A DNA stretch of 62,811 bases, taken from NCBI GenBank assembly GCA_937969345.1, contig CALBVK010000037.1, positions 1 to 62,811 of the forward strand. The letters run 5' to 3'. Origin of the DNA: an uncultured Acidimicrobiales bacterium. Lineage in GTDB: Bacteria; Actinomycetota; Acidimicrobiia; Acidimicrobiales; SHLQ01. The position numbers were made by a program, and so were the translations under genes. This document shows positions 1 through 8,361 of this stretch, in pieces (the first letter of the stretch is position 1; each line of letters opens with the position of its first letter). The notes under the pieces were generated by a model, which saw only the letters and a list, made by a program, of their open reading frames with translations, made no database searches and was not told the DNA's origin.

Positions 1-174
1 AATCTCCGTAATCACACCAGCGACCGGAGACGGAACCTCAGAATCGACCTTGTCCGTCGACACCTCAAACAACGCCTCATCCTCAGCCACCGTGTCACCC
101 ACCTGCTTAAACCAGCGGGTAATCGTTCCTTCGGTCACCGATTCTCCAAGCAAGGGGAGAGTGATGTCGCTCAT
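1..174 (-). CDS. 2-oxoacid dehydrogenase E2 (dihydrolipoamide acyltransferase), N-terminal lipoyl domain; the 3' part runs off the window
   Basis: Reverse translation from ATG 174-172 gives [58 protein letters not shown]. This is a classic lipoyl-attachment domain (TDK lipoyl-lysine). It lies 75 nt downstream of lpd on the same strand. It is absent from the ORF track because it is truncated to under 60 aa. Confidence 0.8.
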   Translation of the reverse strand, partial: MSDITLPLLGESVTEGTITRWFKQVGDTVAEDEALFEVSTDKVDSEVPSPVAGVITEI

Positions 175-249
175 TGGGTTGTCCTTCACGTGTGTGATGT
201 CGGGGATAGTGCGCCCAGTCGAGCGCGGTTGACAGGTTGGGTACTGACG

Positions 250-1659
250 TTAGCCGTGCAACGCACGGCCGGTGAGCGCCATGACGGTCTCACCATAGAG
301 TTCGCTCATTGTTGGATGTGGCTGGATAAACGCCGCCACTTCGTCGACGGTCGCTTCCCAGTTGATCGCCATGTATCCCTGGCCGAGTTGTTCGGTGACC
401 CATGGGCCGACCATGTGGACACCGAGCATCCGTCCAGCACGACCATCGGCGTTCTTTTCAGCGATGACCTTCACTAGACCCTCGGTCTCGCCGACGATCA
501 TCGCACGACCATTGCCTGCGAACTTGTGGGTCGAGGTGACCACGTCGAAACCAGCCTCTTTAGCCGACTCCTCGGTGTGTCCAGCAAATGCAACTTCGGG
601 GTGGCAGTAGATGCACCAAGGCACGTTGAGGTAGTCGACGGGCTGAGGGTCCTCACCGAGCACGCCTCGAATGGCGACCATACCTTCGGCAAATCCAATG
701 TGTGCCAGCTGTGCGGTAGCGATCACGTCGCCGACCGCCCAAACACCGGGAACCGACGTGCGACACGTCTCATCGACTGGCACAAAACCACGCTCGTCGA
801 CGGGAACACCAACGGCGTCAAGGCCGAGGAGGTCTGCAAATGGTCGACGACCAATCGACAGAACGATCATGTCGACGTCGACGCTTTCACCATCGCCGAA
901 CGAAACGCGCTTCGCGCCGTCGACGGTTTCGTGACCAGAAACCATGACCCCGGTGCGGATGTTCACACCGCGCTTCTTCAGCGAGCGCTCGACGATGCGG
1001 GCAGCATCGGGATCGACGCCTGGAATGATCTTTGGCATTGCTTCGAGCACGGTGACTTCGGTGCCGAGGTCGGCCATCATCGAGGCGAACTCGATGCCGA
1101 TGGCTCCGCCGCCGATGACCGCTGCCCGCTTCGGAAGTTCTTGAACCGCAAGCAATTCGTCGGAGGTCACGATGCTCGTACCGTCGACATCGAAGCCAGG
1201 AATGGTCCGCGGAACCGAGCCTGCGGCGATAATCAGGTTGTCGGCGGTGACCGAAACATCTCCGGACTCTCCCCCGCTGATTGAGACACCCTTCACGTCA
1301 CCCGCCGAGGTTACGACGCCGACCCCGTCAAAGACGGTGACCTTGCGATGCTTGAGCAGTCCGGCGAGCCCCTTGGTCAGGTTGTCGATGACCCCCTGCT
1401 TGCGCACCTGGGTGACACTGAAGTCGACCGTTGGCTCGGTGGTGTTTACGCCGAACGCCGATGCGTGCTGAACCGTGCGATAGACCGCAGCGGTCTCGAG
1501 CAGTTCCTTCGCTGGGATGCAGCCAACGTGGAGACACGTTCCACCGAGCTTGGACTTCTCGACGAGCGCAATGTTGAGCCCGGCAGCTGCGCCGTAGAGG
1601 GCTGAGGCATAGCCCGCTGGACCGCCTCCAACTACGACTACATCGAAATGGTTGGACAT
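250..1659 (-). CDS. lpdA: dihydrolipoyl dehydrogenase (E3)
   Basis: The track ORF 250..1665 starts at GTG. I prefer ATG 1659-1657, which has AGGAGA 7 nt upstream. Motifs: VVVVGGGPAGY (FAD) and the redox disulfide GGTCLHVGCIPAKELL. Length is typical for the family. Confidence 0.92.
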   Translation of the reverse strand: MSNHFDVVVVGGGPAGYASALYGAAAGLNIALVEKSKLGGTCLHVGCIPAKELLETAAVYRTVQHASAFGVNTTEPTVDFSVTQVRKQGVIDNLTKGLAGLLKHRKVTVFDGVGVVTSAGDVKGVSISGGESGDVSVTADNLIIAAGSVPRTIPGFDVDGTSIVTSDELLAVQELPKRAAVIGGGAIGIEFASMMADLGTEVTVLEAMPKIIPGVDPDAARIVERSLKKRGVNIRTGVMVSGHETVDGAKRVSFGDGESVDVDMIVLSIGRRPFADLLGLDAVGVPVDERGFVPVDETCRTSVPGVWAVGDVIATAQLAHIGFAEGMVAIRGVLGEDPQPVDYLNVPWCIYCHPEVAFAGHTEESAKEAGFDVVTSTHKFAGNGRAMIVGETEGLVKVIAEKNADGRAGRMLGVHMVGPWVTEQLGQGYMAINWEATVDEVAAFIQPHPTMSELYGETVMALTGRALHG

Positions 1660-1702
1660 ATTCACGTCTCCTGAGTGGCTGTGTCGACTCTATCCAGATG
1701 GC

Positions 1703-1792
1703 TCATCGCGCCAGCACTACTTGCGTGGCAAAAGCGACAAGGATCACTACACCGAGGACCAGGGAGGACAAGATCAGCTTTCGGGTGCTCAT
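1703..1792 (-). CDS. hypothetical 29-aa hydrophobic micro-protein (candidate)
   Basis: Not in the track (under 60 aa). ATG 1792-1790 to TGA 1705-1703 encodes MSTRKLILSSLVLGVVILVAFATQVVLAR. AGGAGA sits 7 nt upstream of the ATG, the same SD and spacing as lpd about 43 nt downstream. It has one TM-like helix. Confidence 0.35.
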   Translation of the reverse strand: MSTRKLILSSLVLGVVILVAFATQVVLAR

Positions 1793-1993
1793 ATGTGGGT
1801 CTCCTGAACGCATCGCACAGTGGTCGTGCCCGGTTCGGATGTAATCACACCAGGGCCGAACACGTCGTCAAGGGTAACCAAGAAGCCCCATATCGACGCT
1901 GATCATTCCACGGTCACGCAGCGTCGAACTTTGATCGCTGTTTCTAGACTGGGTGACGATGCCTGCAGCGTGCCACACTGATCCGACCACACC

Positions 1994-3679
1994 GTGTGTC
2001 CGCCTCGCGCCCCCGATTGTTCTATGACCTCGCCCTCCGAACGCCCCACCTCGAGTTCACGAGCCCTCTCCGATGCTGCCGTCGGCGCTGTCGTCGCGTT
2101 CATTCGGGTGGTCGAGCTCTACGACCCGGCGGTCGCTCATCGCGCCGCCATTCGCGCACTCGTAGCCGACCTGATCCTCGATGCCGTCGACCCCGGCGCC
2201 GACCGATCCGAGGTTCTGGCGAGTGCAGCCCTCGCCGACATCGATCTGGTCGTTAGCAGACCAGCAGACCCAGAAGCCGCGCACGAACCAACCCGTTCGC
2301 TACTGAGCGCGACCATCGTCGGACGTGTCCCGGGGCTTCGAAACGTGGCTGGGGCCATCAGCGCACGTCGAGAGCGATGGGACGGCACAGGCGAGCCCGG
2401 AGCGCGAGTTGGCCAAGACATCCCGTTGGGCGCCCGAATTATTGCGCTCACCGACACCCTCGTCGGCAACCCCGCCGCCGGATTTGTCCCGTCGTGGGAT
2501 CATGGCCTGCGACGAGTCAGGCGGAATCGTGGCTCTTCGCTCGATCCACAGCTCTGTGACGCCGTCGCCACCTGCGACCTCGACTCGATCGATACACCGC
2601 CGATCCCCTCGGCCACAGTCCTCGATCTGCTCGAGCGTGAAACCGTTGCGGACAGTGCAACGGCGGGAACCACAACCGCAACGACGATTCGCTCGGCCGT
2701 TGCAGCAGCCGGCCACACCAACCAACTCATGGCGCTCTTCGCCGAAACCGCACAGCGCACCGTCTCGGCCGCAGAAGTCCTCATCGTTGGACTGACGAGC
2801 ACGCACCTCGAATCCGAACCGTCAGCGCGAGCAACCGATGGCCAAGAACCGCCGCTCCCCCTCGAACGACTCGATGACCTCCGAGAGTTCACGATGCAGG
2901 CCGAGCTTCGCGCCGGAGTGACGCTCAGCCGAGCGCTCGATGGTGACGACGAAGGACCGGTCCACGAAATGATCGTTCCGATCATGACGAACAGCGAAGC
3001 GTGGGGCGTCGTTGTCGCCACCCGCCGCGTCGACCAACCGCCCTTCGATGCGCACGAGCTCAGCATTCTGCGCCATATCGCTGGCGAAGCAGCGGTTGCG
3101 GTCTCCAGCACAACTCATTGGGCCGAGATGGAGCAGATGGCGCTGCGGGACCAGCTCACCGGTCTAGCCAATCGCCACGAGCTCTATCGAGTGCTCGACC
3201 AGATCTTTACTCGGCCGCCACTCGAACGAATCGATAGTGCGCTGATCATGTGCGACGTCGATGGCCTCAAAGTTATTAACGACACCCTGGGACACCACGC
3301 TGGGGATCGCCTCCTGATCGATGCGGCCGCAGCGCTTCGTGGAGCTATCCGAGATCCCGAGCGCACGACGGTGTGCCGAATCGGTGGCGACGAGTTCTGC
3401 ATGGTCATCGATGGTGGAGCGCTGCTGACGGCACATGACGTCTCGGACATGATCGAGCGTCTCTTCGCCCGATCGGCGGGCTCGGGGGCACCGCGTTCAA
3501 TCTCGTGCGGCATTGCCTTTGCCAACGACGAGATCGACAGCCGAAGTGCGTTACTGCGGGCTGCTGACGAGAACCAATACCAAACAAAGCGAGCACGCAA
3601 GGCCGAACGCGAGGAACTCGCCGCAGCCCTCGGCGAGTCGAACGTGCAACCTCACGACCGTCGAGCAATTCGCGACTGA
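1994..3679 (+). CDS. diguanylate cyclase with a degenerate HD-GYP-like N-domain, a GAF-like middle and a GGDEF C-domain
   Basis: GGDEF domain: LTGLANRHELYRVL, CDVDGLKVINDTLGHHAGDRLL, RIGGDEFCMV. The N-terminus resembles HD-GYP, but HD is replaced by AD (ALADIDLV), HHE by RRE and GYP by GEP (RRERWDGTGEPGARVGQDIPLGARIIALTD). The start codon is uncertain (alternative M at 2024). Confidence 0.8.
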   Translation: MCPPRAPDCSMTSPSERPTSSSRALSDAAVGAVVAFIRVVELYDPAVAHRAAIRALVADLILDAVDPGADRSEVLASAALADIDLVVSRPADPEAAHEPTRSLLSATIVGRVPGLRNVAGAISARRERWDGTGEPGARVGQDIPLGARIIALTDTLVGNPAAGFVPSWDHGLRRVRRNRGSSLDPQLCDAVATCDLDSIDTPPIPSATVLDLLERETVADSATAGTTTATTIRSAVAAAGHTNQLMALFAETAQRTVSAAEVLIVGLTSTHLESEPSARATDGQEPPLPLERLDDLREFTMQAELRAGVTLSRALDGDDEGPVHEMIVPIMTNSEAWGVVVATRRVDQPPFDAHELSILRHIAGEAAVAVSSTTHWAEMEQMALRDQLTGLANRHELYRVLDQIFTRPPLERIDSALIMCDVDGLKVINDTLGHHAGDRLLIDAAAALRGAIRDPERTTVCRIGGDEFCMVIDGGALLTAHDVSDMIERLFARSAGSGAPRSISCGIAFANDEIDSRSALLRAADENQYQTKRARKAEREELAAALGESNVQPHDRRAIRD

Positions 3680-3692
3680 CGGGGTAACCCAA

Positions 3693-3713
3693 CGTCGCCG
3701 ATCATCGGCGACG
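3693..3713. terminator. GC-rich hairpin between convergent genes (candidate bidirectional terminator)
   Basis: CGTCGCCGAT-C-ATCGGCGACG is a perfect 10-nt inverted repeat. It lies between the cyclase stop (3679) and the kinase-fusion stop (3718). There is no clear U-tract. Confidence 0.45.
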
Positions 3714-3717
3714 AAAG

Positions 3718-4905
3718 CTACGCAGCGGCGGCGTCGCCGGCTCCGGCTCCGCGCCGACGACCGAACAGGTTCTCCAAGGTTTGCAACGGCCCATCCCCAC
3801 CGGCATGGGCGAATTCATAGGCCGGCAATGCGTTAGCAAGGCGAATCATCGCGTCAAATGCAGGCTGTCCAACGCGGTCGAAGTCGAACGCATTCGAGAT
3901 CAACTTCTGCATGACCTCGAATGGCTCGAGCGGGCGCACCTCGGTGCTACCGCCAGCGCGAAACGTCGGAAACACGATTGCGCGGATCATGCCACCCGGT
4001 GACAAGCGACCCGGACCAACGGTGCGCGGGTCGACATCCCATGTCGCCGTAAGTCCGGCAGCTGGCGACAACTCGGGCAGGAGGTGCTGCGACCCTTCTT
4101 CGATGCAGATCGCCTTGTGAAACGGAATGGCGTGCAACGAGTCGACGCCGACAGCCACAGCCTCATCGGTCAGGTACTCGTGTCCTCGCCGGACCAGCTG
4201 GGTAACGAGCGTTGACTTTCCGGCGTTGCTCACGCCCGGGAACAACACAAGACCGTCTCCAAGGTCGGCGGCTGCTGCGTGGAAGACCACCGCGGAACGA
4301 AGCATTCGCAACGGCGCAGCGTTGCACTCGCTCAGCGCTGCACGAAGTGCTCGCGGTCGGCTGGACGTTCGAGAGACCGACCGACCATTGCTGGTCAGTT
4401 GCCAGATCCCATCTTCACAGACCATCCGCAGGCCGATGAGGTGACCGCTCCGGTCACCGCTTAGGTCGATGGTGTCATCTCGCAGTGGATCGAGGATGCG
4501 GGACAACTCGTTGCGCAGCAGCTCGTCGTCAACCTCGAGAAACAAAGGAACGCCCATCGCCCGAAACGGACCAAGATGCATCGCTGATCGATCGATTGGC
4601 CACGAGACCTCATCGACCGGGACGGGCGGCGGACGAAGGCCCACGACGTCAGGGTCGACACACAAACCAGCATCGAGGAATCGCTCCACGAGGCCGGCGA
4701 CATCATCGGCGATCTGCTCGGCATCGATGCCATAGCTATAGGCGAGCTCGGCCACCATGGCATCGACGGTTGTTGGCTCATCGGCGAGCAGCCAAACGTT
4801 CGCGGCGGTCGAGTTCAGGACGTGGAGTCGACGGTCATCGACCGACCACAACAGCAGGTCGTCGCCGATCGTGCCCCAACACACGCGCGGAGATCGTTGA
4901 ATCAT
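3718..4905 (-). CDS. PqqD-like domain fused to an HPr-kinase-related P-loop kinase domain
   Basis: The track ORF 3718..5247 overlaps the upstream gene. The internal ATG at 4905 (MIQRSPRV...) forms an ATGA start/stop overlap with that gene's stop at 4902-4904. PqqD-like segment: LHVLNSTAANVWLLADEPTTVDAMVAELAYSYGIDAEQIADDVAGLVERFLDAGL. HprK-like P-loop: FPGVSNAGKSTLVTQLVRRGHEYLTDEAV. Confidence 0.65.
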   Translation of the reverse strand: MIQRSPRVCWGTIGDDLLLWSVDDRRLHVLNSTAANVWLLADEPTTVDAMVAELAYSYGIDAEQIADDVAGLVERFLDAGLCVDPDVVGLRPPPVPVDEVSWPIDRSAMHLGPFRAMGVPLFLEVDDELLRNELSRILDPLRDDTIDLSGDRSGHLIGLRMVCEDGIWQLTSNGRSVSRTSSRPRALRAALSECNAAPLRMLRSAVVFHAAAADLGDGLVLFPGVSNAGKSTLVTQLVRRGHEYLTDEAVAVGVDSLHAIPFHKAICIEEGSQHLLPELSPAAGLTATWDVDPRTVGPGRLSPGGMIRAIVFPTFRAGGSTEVRPLEPFEVMQKLISNAFDFDRVGQPAFDAMIRLANALPAYEFAHAGGDGPLQTLENLFGRRRGAGAGDAAAA

Positions 4906-6362
4906 CGCCGTCGCTCCGGCGCCGATCGCCGGCGACTGTTTCGAACGTGTTCGGCACCAAGACCAAACGCGATGAAGAGCAAGATGAACGGCGTCACCTG
5001 CGCCCGCTGTCGGCTGAGAATACCGAAGTTGCCAATAGCGGAGAACACATAGACGAACACGGCGGTGAACGCGACCGAGTACAACAGCTGTCCGCGTTGC
5101 ACCAACTGGCCGGCGCTGTTGAACAGGCCCGGGAGGGCTCGCAACAAGAACAAGAAGATCAGCGCGCTTTCCCCTGCACTCACCAAGGAGGCGGCAGAAT
5201 CTGCTTCCCAAGGGAACGGCCGAAAGAGCACCGTCAGCGCCGCCCACGGATAATCGAGTGGATTCTGCACGCGCGCTGCGACGAACTGCGCCTCGTCCTG
5301 GGAGGTGCGTTGCTGGGCAAAGTCAAGCGCAGCGTTGACGTCGGACACACCGTCGAAGCTCTCGAGACCAAACAGCGTCGCCGAAGCGCCGGCCGTAACC
5401 ATCGACGCGACCAAAATGAGGCCGAGGAAGGTGAGGTGGGTAGCGATTCGACCACGGGTGTGATGGCGTCGGGCCAGTAGACCGACGAAGAGTCCAATGA
5501 GGAGAACCATTGCGACGTGCGGACGCACCATGCCGACCGAGAAACTCCCGAGCAGCACGAACCACAAACCGTGCCAGTGGCGGTCATACAGCTTTGCCGC
5601 ACCGAACGCTCCGAGGCCGATGCCCAGCAACGACAGGCTCTCTTTGCCGACCGAAGACGGCCAATACGCGAGCGTCGGAGAAACCATCAGCCCGATCGCC
5701 AGAACGCGAAACTGCTTTGGATTCAGCGCACGCTCGGTCGCCATCAAGAAGAAGACCTGACCAACGAACGCGATCGACGCAAAGAGGAGAAATGTCGCAA
5801 TGTACGTGGACCCGGTGGCGACGTTGACGACGCCGGTGAAATAGCGAACAGATCCGGTACCCGGGATTGCACGGCCGGTATCTACGCCGAAGTCGAAGTT
5901 GCGAAGCGCAACCGCGATACGCACCCCCTCTCGGTAGTACACCGGCGAGTCAGCTCCACCGAGAAGACGTGGAACTGCGCCGAGCATACGAAGCCCAAAG
6001 CCGGCCACGAGGATGGCGGCGGTGACATCGCCCAGTCGCGGACGAACCCAGCGGTTGATCAAGACCAACGCAATCGTGGTCAACACGGGAGCGACGACGA
6101 GGCCCGGTGTCGTGTCCGCTCGCCCGGTCAGTCCAAGAAATCCAAACGAAACAGCTGCCGCGCCCGCACTCACACCGGCCAACGTCAAGAAGCTTGAGCG
6201 AAGTGATCGATCACGACCACTGAGGCCAGCGGGGCGCGATGTTTTGGGCAGCTCGCGAGACCGTGAACCAGGGTCACGAAGATCCACCGTGCTGGCACGG
6301 CCACGCGGACCTGCCATTCGTTCACTCGGACGCGGCACGATGCGCGTCGGACCGTTGCCCAT
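4902..6362 (-). CDS. polytopic membrane protein, putative polysaccharide polymerase (Wzy-like)
   Basis: 486 aa with at least 10 hydrophobic segments after an Arg/Ser-rich N-terminus. Its ATG at 6362 is 3 nt after the BY-kinase stop. The function is inferred from topology and context only. Confidence 0.55.
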   Translation of the reverse strand: MGNGPTRIVPRPSERMAGPRGRASTVDLRDPGSRSRELPKTSRPAGLSGRDRSLRSSFLTLAGVSAGAAAVSFGFLGLTGRADTTPGLVVAPVLTTIALVLINRWVRPRLGDVTAAILVAGFGLRMLGAVPRLLGGADSPVYYREGVRIAVALRNFDFGVDTGRAIPGTGSVRYFTGVVNVATGSTYIATFLLFASIAFVGQVFFLMATERALNPKQFRVLAIGLMVSPTLAYWPSSVGKESLSLLGIGLGAFGAAKLYDRHWHGLWFVLLGSFSVGMVRPHVAMVLLIGLFVGLLARRHHTRGRIATHLTFLGLILVASMVTAGASATLFGLESFDGVSDVNAALDFAQQRTSQDEAQFVAARVQNPLDYPWAALTVLFRPFPWEADSAASLVSAGESALIFLFLLRALPGLFNSAGQLVQRGQLLYSVAFTAVFVYVFSAIGNFGILSRQRAQVTPFILLFIAFGLGAEHVRNSRRRSAPERRR

Positions 6363-6365
6363 CGT

Positions 6366-8255
6366 CTACTTCTTGGCGCCGGTCGACGACAGTTCGTTCT
6401 CGGAGTCGACGAGGTCCACAACATCATCGGAGAGGTCGATATCTGCACGACGCCGGAACCAGGAGAATCGGCCGGTTTCGACCACCGGGCGCTCTTCGTA
6501 GTAACCGCCGTAGTAGTAGTAGTCAGCGGAATGGCGAGCGTCGACATCGGTGATCGCCACGCCGAGAACATGGGCCCGGCGGCGATCGAGGATCTCCGCA
6601 GCACGATCCGCTGCGTGCATGGTCGTCTTTCCAGCGCGCATCACGAGCACGACATCGTCGACGAGGTCGAGCAGGTCTACTGCGTCATTGGTCGCGAGCA
6701 ACGGCGCGGTGTCGATCAGGATGAGGTCGTACAACTTCATCGCCTTCTTGATCACCGACCGCTGTGCCGCGATAACTTCGGTCGGGAGCGCGTCGCTGTT
6801 CTCCACCACGTTCGAGATCAATTCCACATCAGGAATCTGCGTCTTGTTGAGATCCATTGGCTGATACTCAGAGCCGGTCAAGACATGCAAACGGGGGCGC
6901 CGGAAGTCGCAATTCATCAACAGCACACGCTCGCCAGCTTCAGCCAACATCGCACCGAGGTTGGCAACGGTTGTGGTCTTGCCTTCGGAAGGACCAGGCG
7001 AGGTCACGAGCACGACCTGACCGGTCGTGCGACGGGACCTGCGGGCGTAGCTCAGCGTCGATGCGATCGCTCGATATTGCTCGGCGAACCGACTGCGCGG
7101 ATTTTCTCGCGCATGCATTTCAGCAGCACGCTTGTGTGTGCGGGCGAGAGACGGCACCTCGGCGATCACCGGCAGATCGAGCAGCGCCTCTACCTGACGC
7201 TTCGACCGAACGCGGTTGTCGAGGCGGTTGAGGACCATCGCAATGATGACTCCAGCGAGCAGACCAAGAAGTGCACCGCTCCCAACCCGCGGCAACATGC
7301 CGTTGGGAAGTCGACTACTGACGGCAGAGAGTGCACCCGTATCGGACTGCGATTCAACATCATCACCGAAGAGCGCTTCGATGTTCTGTCCAATCGATGC
7401 GTTGTCGATGAGTTCGCCAAAACGGTCCTGCGAGATAACCGCCGACTTACCAGCAGCGCTCTGCAGCGACTCGATCGGAACGATCGGCACCCCGTCAGCG
7501 CGGGCTTCGAGCACGGCTGCATTCGCGATAATTCGAGCGCTGATGAACTGCTGCTCGTCCTGCACGAGAAGGTTCTCGGTTCGTTCGTCTTCGGCGGCAC
7601 GAGCAATTCGAAGGTTGTTGCGTGTCGCTGCGAGGTTGGCCTCGGCTTCGGCGAGACGAGATTCAGCGCTAGCGATCGCGTCCGCAGCGTATTGCTCGGC
7701 CTCTGCGTTCAGGTATCGGAGCAACTCGGTTGCGTATGCGTCCGCGAGCGCTTCGGCCTGAGCCGGCGTCGTGCCGATCGCGACGAGGTCGAGCGATTCG
7801 CTATCCGACCGGATCAGGACACGAATTTGTGTGGCCGCAGCGGTCGGGGTGACGCCGACCGACTCCGCAACGGCGTTTGGAACTTCACCGATTGTGATCC
7901 GCTTGGCGAGCACGTTTAGGTTCCGAACGCCGAGGATTGCTTGGGTGTCCGGAACGTTGCTATCGAGAACGAGTACGTGCTTGGCCTGGTAATGGTCGAT
8001 GGCGACCGGAGCGGTATCCGCCTCCGTCGCAACGACGCCCGAAAGCCAACCGAGCAACCCGCCAACGGCCAAGAAGAGGACCAGCATCCGCCAACGACGA
8101 AGGATATTACGGAGCGGACCGAGCGGATCTTCGAGCACACCGGCCCCCCGATCTGCATGCGTCACAGGACCAAGGACATCCTCGGTCGCCCCATACATCT
8201 GCGTAGCGTGCGAGGATTCGTCAAGACGATCGTCGCGAACAACACGGTTTTCCAT
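6366..8255 (-). CDS. Wzz-domain / BY-family protein tyrosine kinase (Wzc-like), copy 1
   Basis: Walker A VTSPGPSEGKTTT, A' NCDFRRP, B ILIDTAP, and a C-terminal Tyr cluster DYYYYGGYYEE. The N-terminus has a TM segment and a coiled-coil chain-length-determinant region. The track start is GTG 8288; I list ATG 8255 (MENRVV, with GAGGTG upstream). Either start is possible. Confidence 0.85.
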   Translation of the reverse strand: MENRVVRDDRLDESSHATQMYGATEDVLGPVTHADRGAGVLEDPLGPLRNILRRWRMLVLFLAVGGLLGWLSGVVATEADTAPVAIDHYQAKHVLVLDSNVPDTQAILGVRNLNVLAKRITIGEVPNAVAESVGVTPTAAATQIRVLIRSDSESLDLVAIGTTPAQAEALADAYATELLRYLNAEAEQYAADAIASAESRLAEAEANLAATRNNLRIARAAEDERTENLLVQDEQQFISARIIANAAVLEARADGVPIVPIESLQSAAGKSAVISQDRFGELIDNASIGQNIEALFGDDVESQSDTGALSAVSSRLPNGMLPRVGSGALLGLLAGVIIAMVLNRLDNRVRSKRQVEALLDLPVIAEVPSLARTHKRAAEMHARENPRSRFAEQYRAIASTLSYARRSRRTTGQVVLVTSPGPSEGKTTTVANLGAMLAEAGERVLLMNCDFRRPRLHVLTGSEYQPMDLNKTQIPDVELISNVVENSDALPTEVIAAQRSVIKKAMKLYDLILIDTAPLLATNDAVDLLDLVDDVVLVMRAGKTTMHAADRAAEILDRRRAHVLGVAITDVDARHSADYYYYGGYYEERPVVETGRFSWFRRRADIDLSDDVVDLVDSENELSSTGAKK

Positions 8256-8361
8256 GGCTTTGTGTACACCTCGATTAACCCGCTGCACGACAGGTGTGCA
8301 GAGGTTCTCCGTTCAATCGGCCAAATAGCAAGATTCGTAAGTCAAACGGCCCCCCTTTCCC

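Noticed and set aside
4906-5247. The upstream 114-codon extension of the PqqD/HprK-like ORF (track 3718..5247). The same issue applies to the extensions 14466-14588, 36738-36998, 20287-20382 and 40069-40179.
   Set aside because: These extensions overlap the preceding gene's coding region in another frame. The internal starts create ATGA/GTGA coupling or have a Shine-Dalgarno sequence, and they begin at recognisable domain or signal-peptide N-termini.
6531-7919. Long antisense or alternative-frame ORFs throughout the track. Examples: 526..1284, 6531..7919, 20444..21634, 30369..32168 (599 aa), 45375..46187 and 59350..60426.
   Set aside because: They lie opposite or out of frame to genes with clear family motifs. 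Their translations are Arg/Pro/Gly-rich and low-complexity, as expected from stop-codon depletion in GC-rich DNA.
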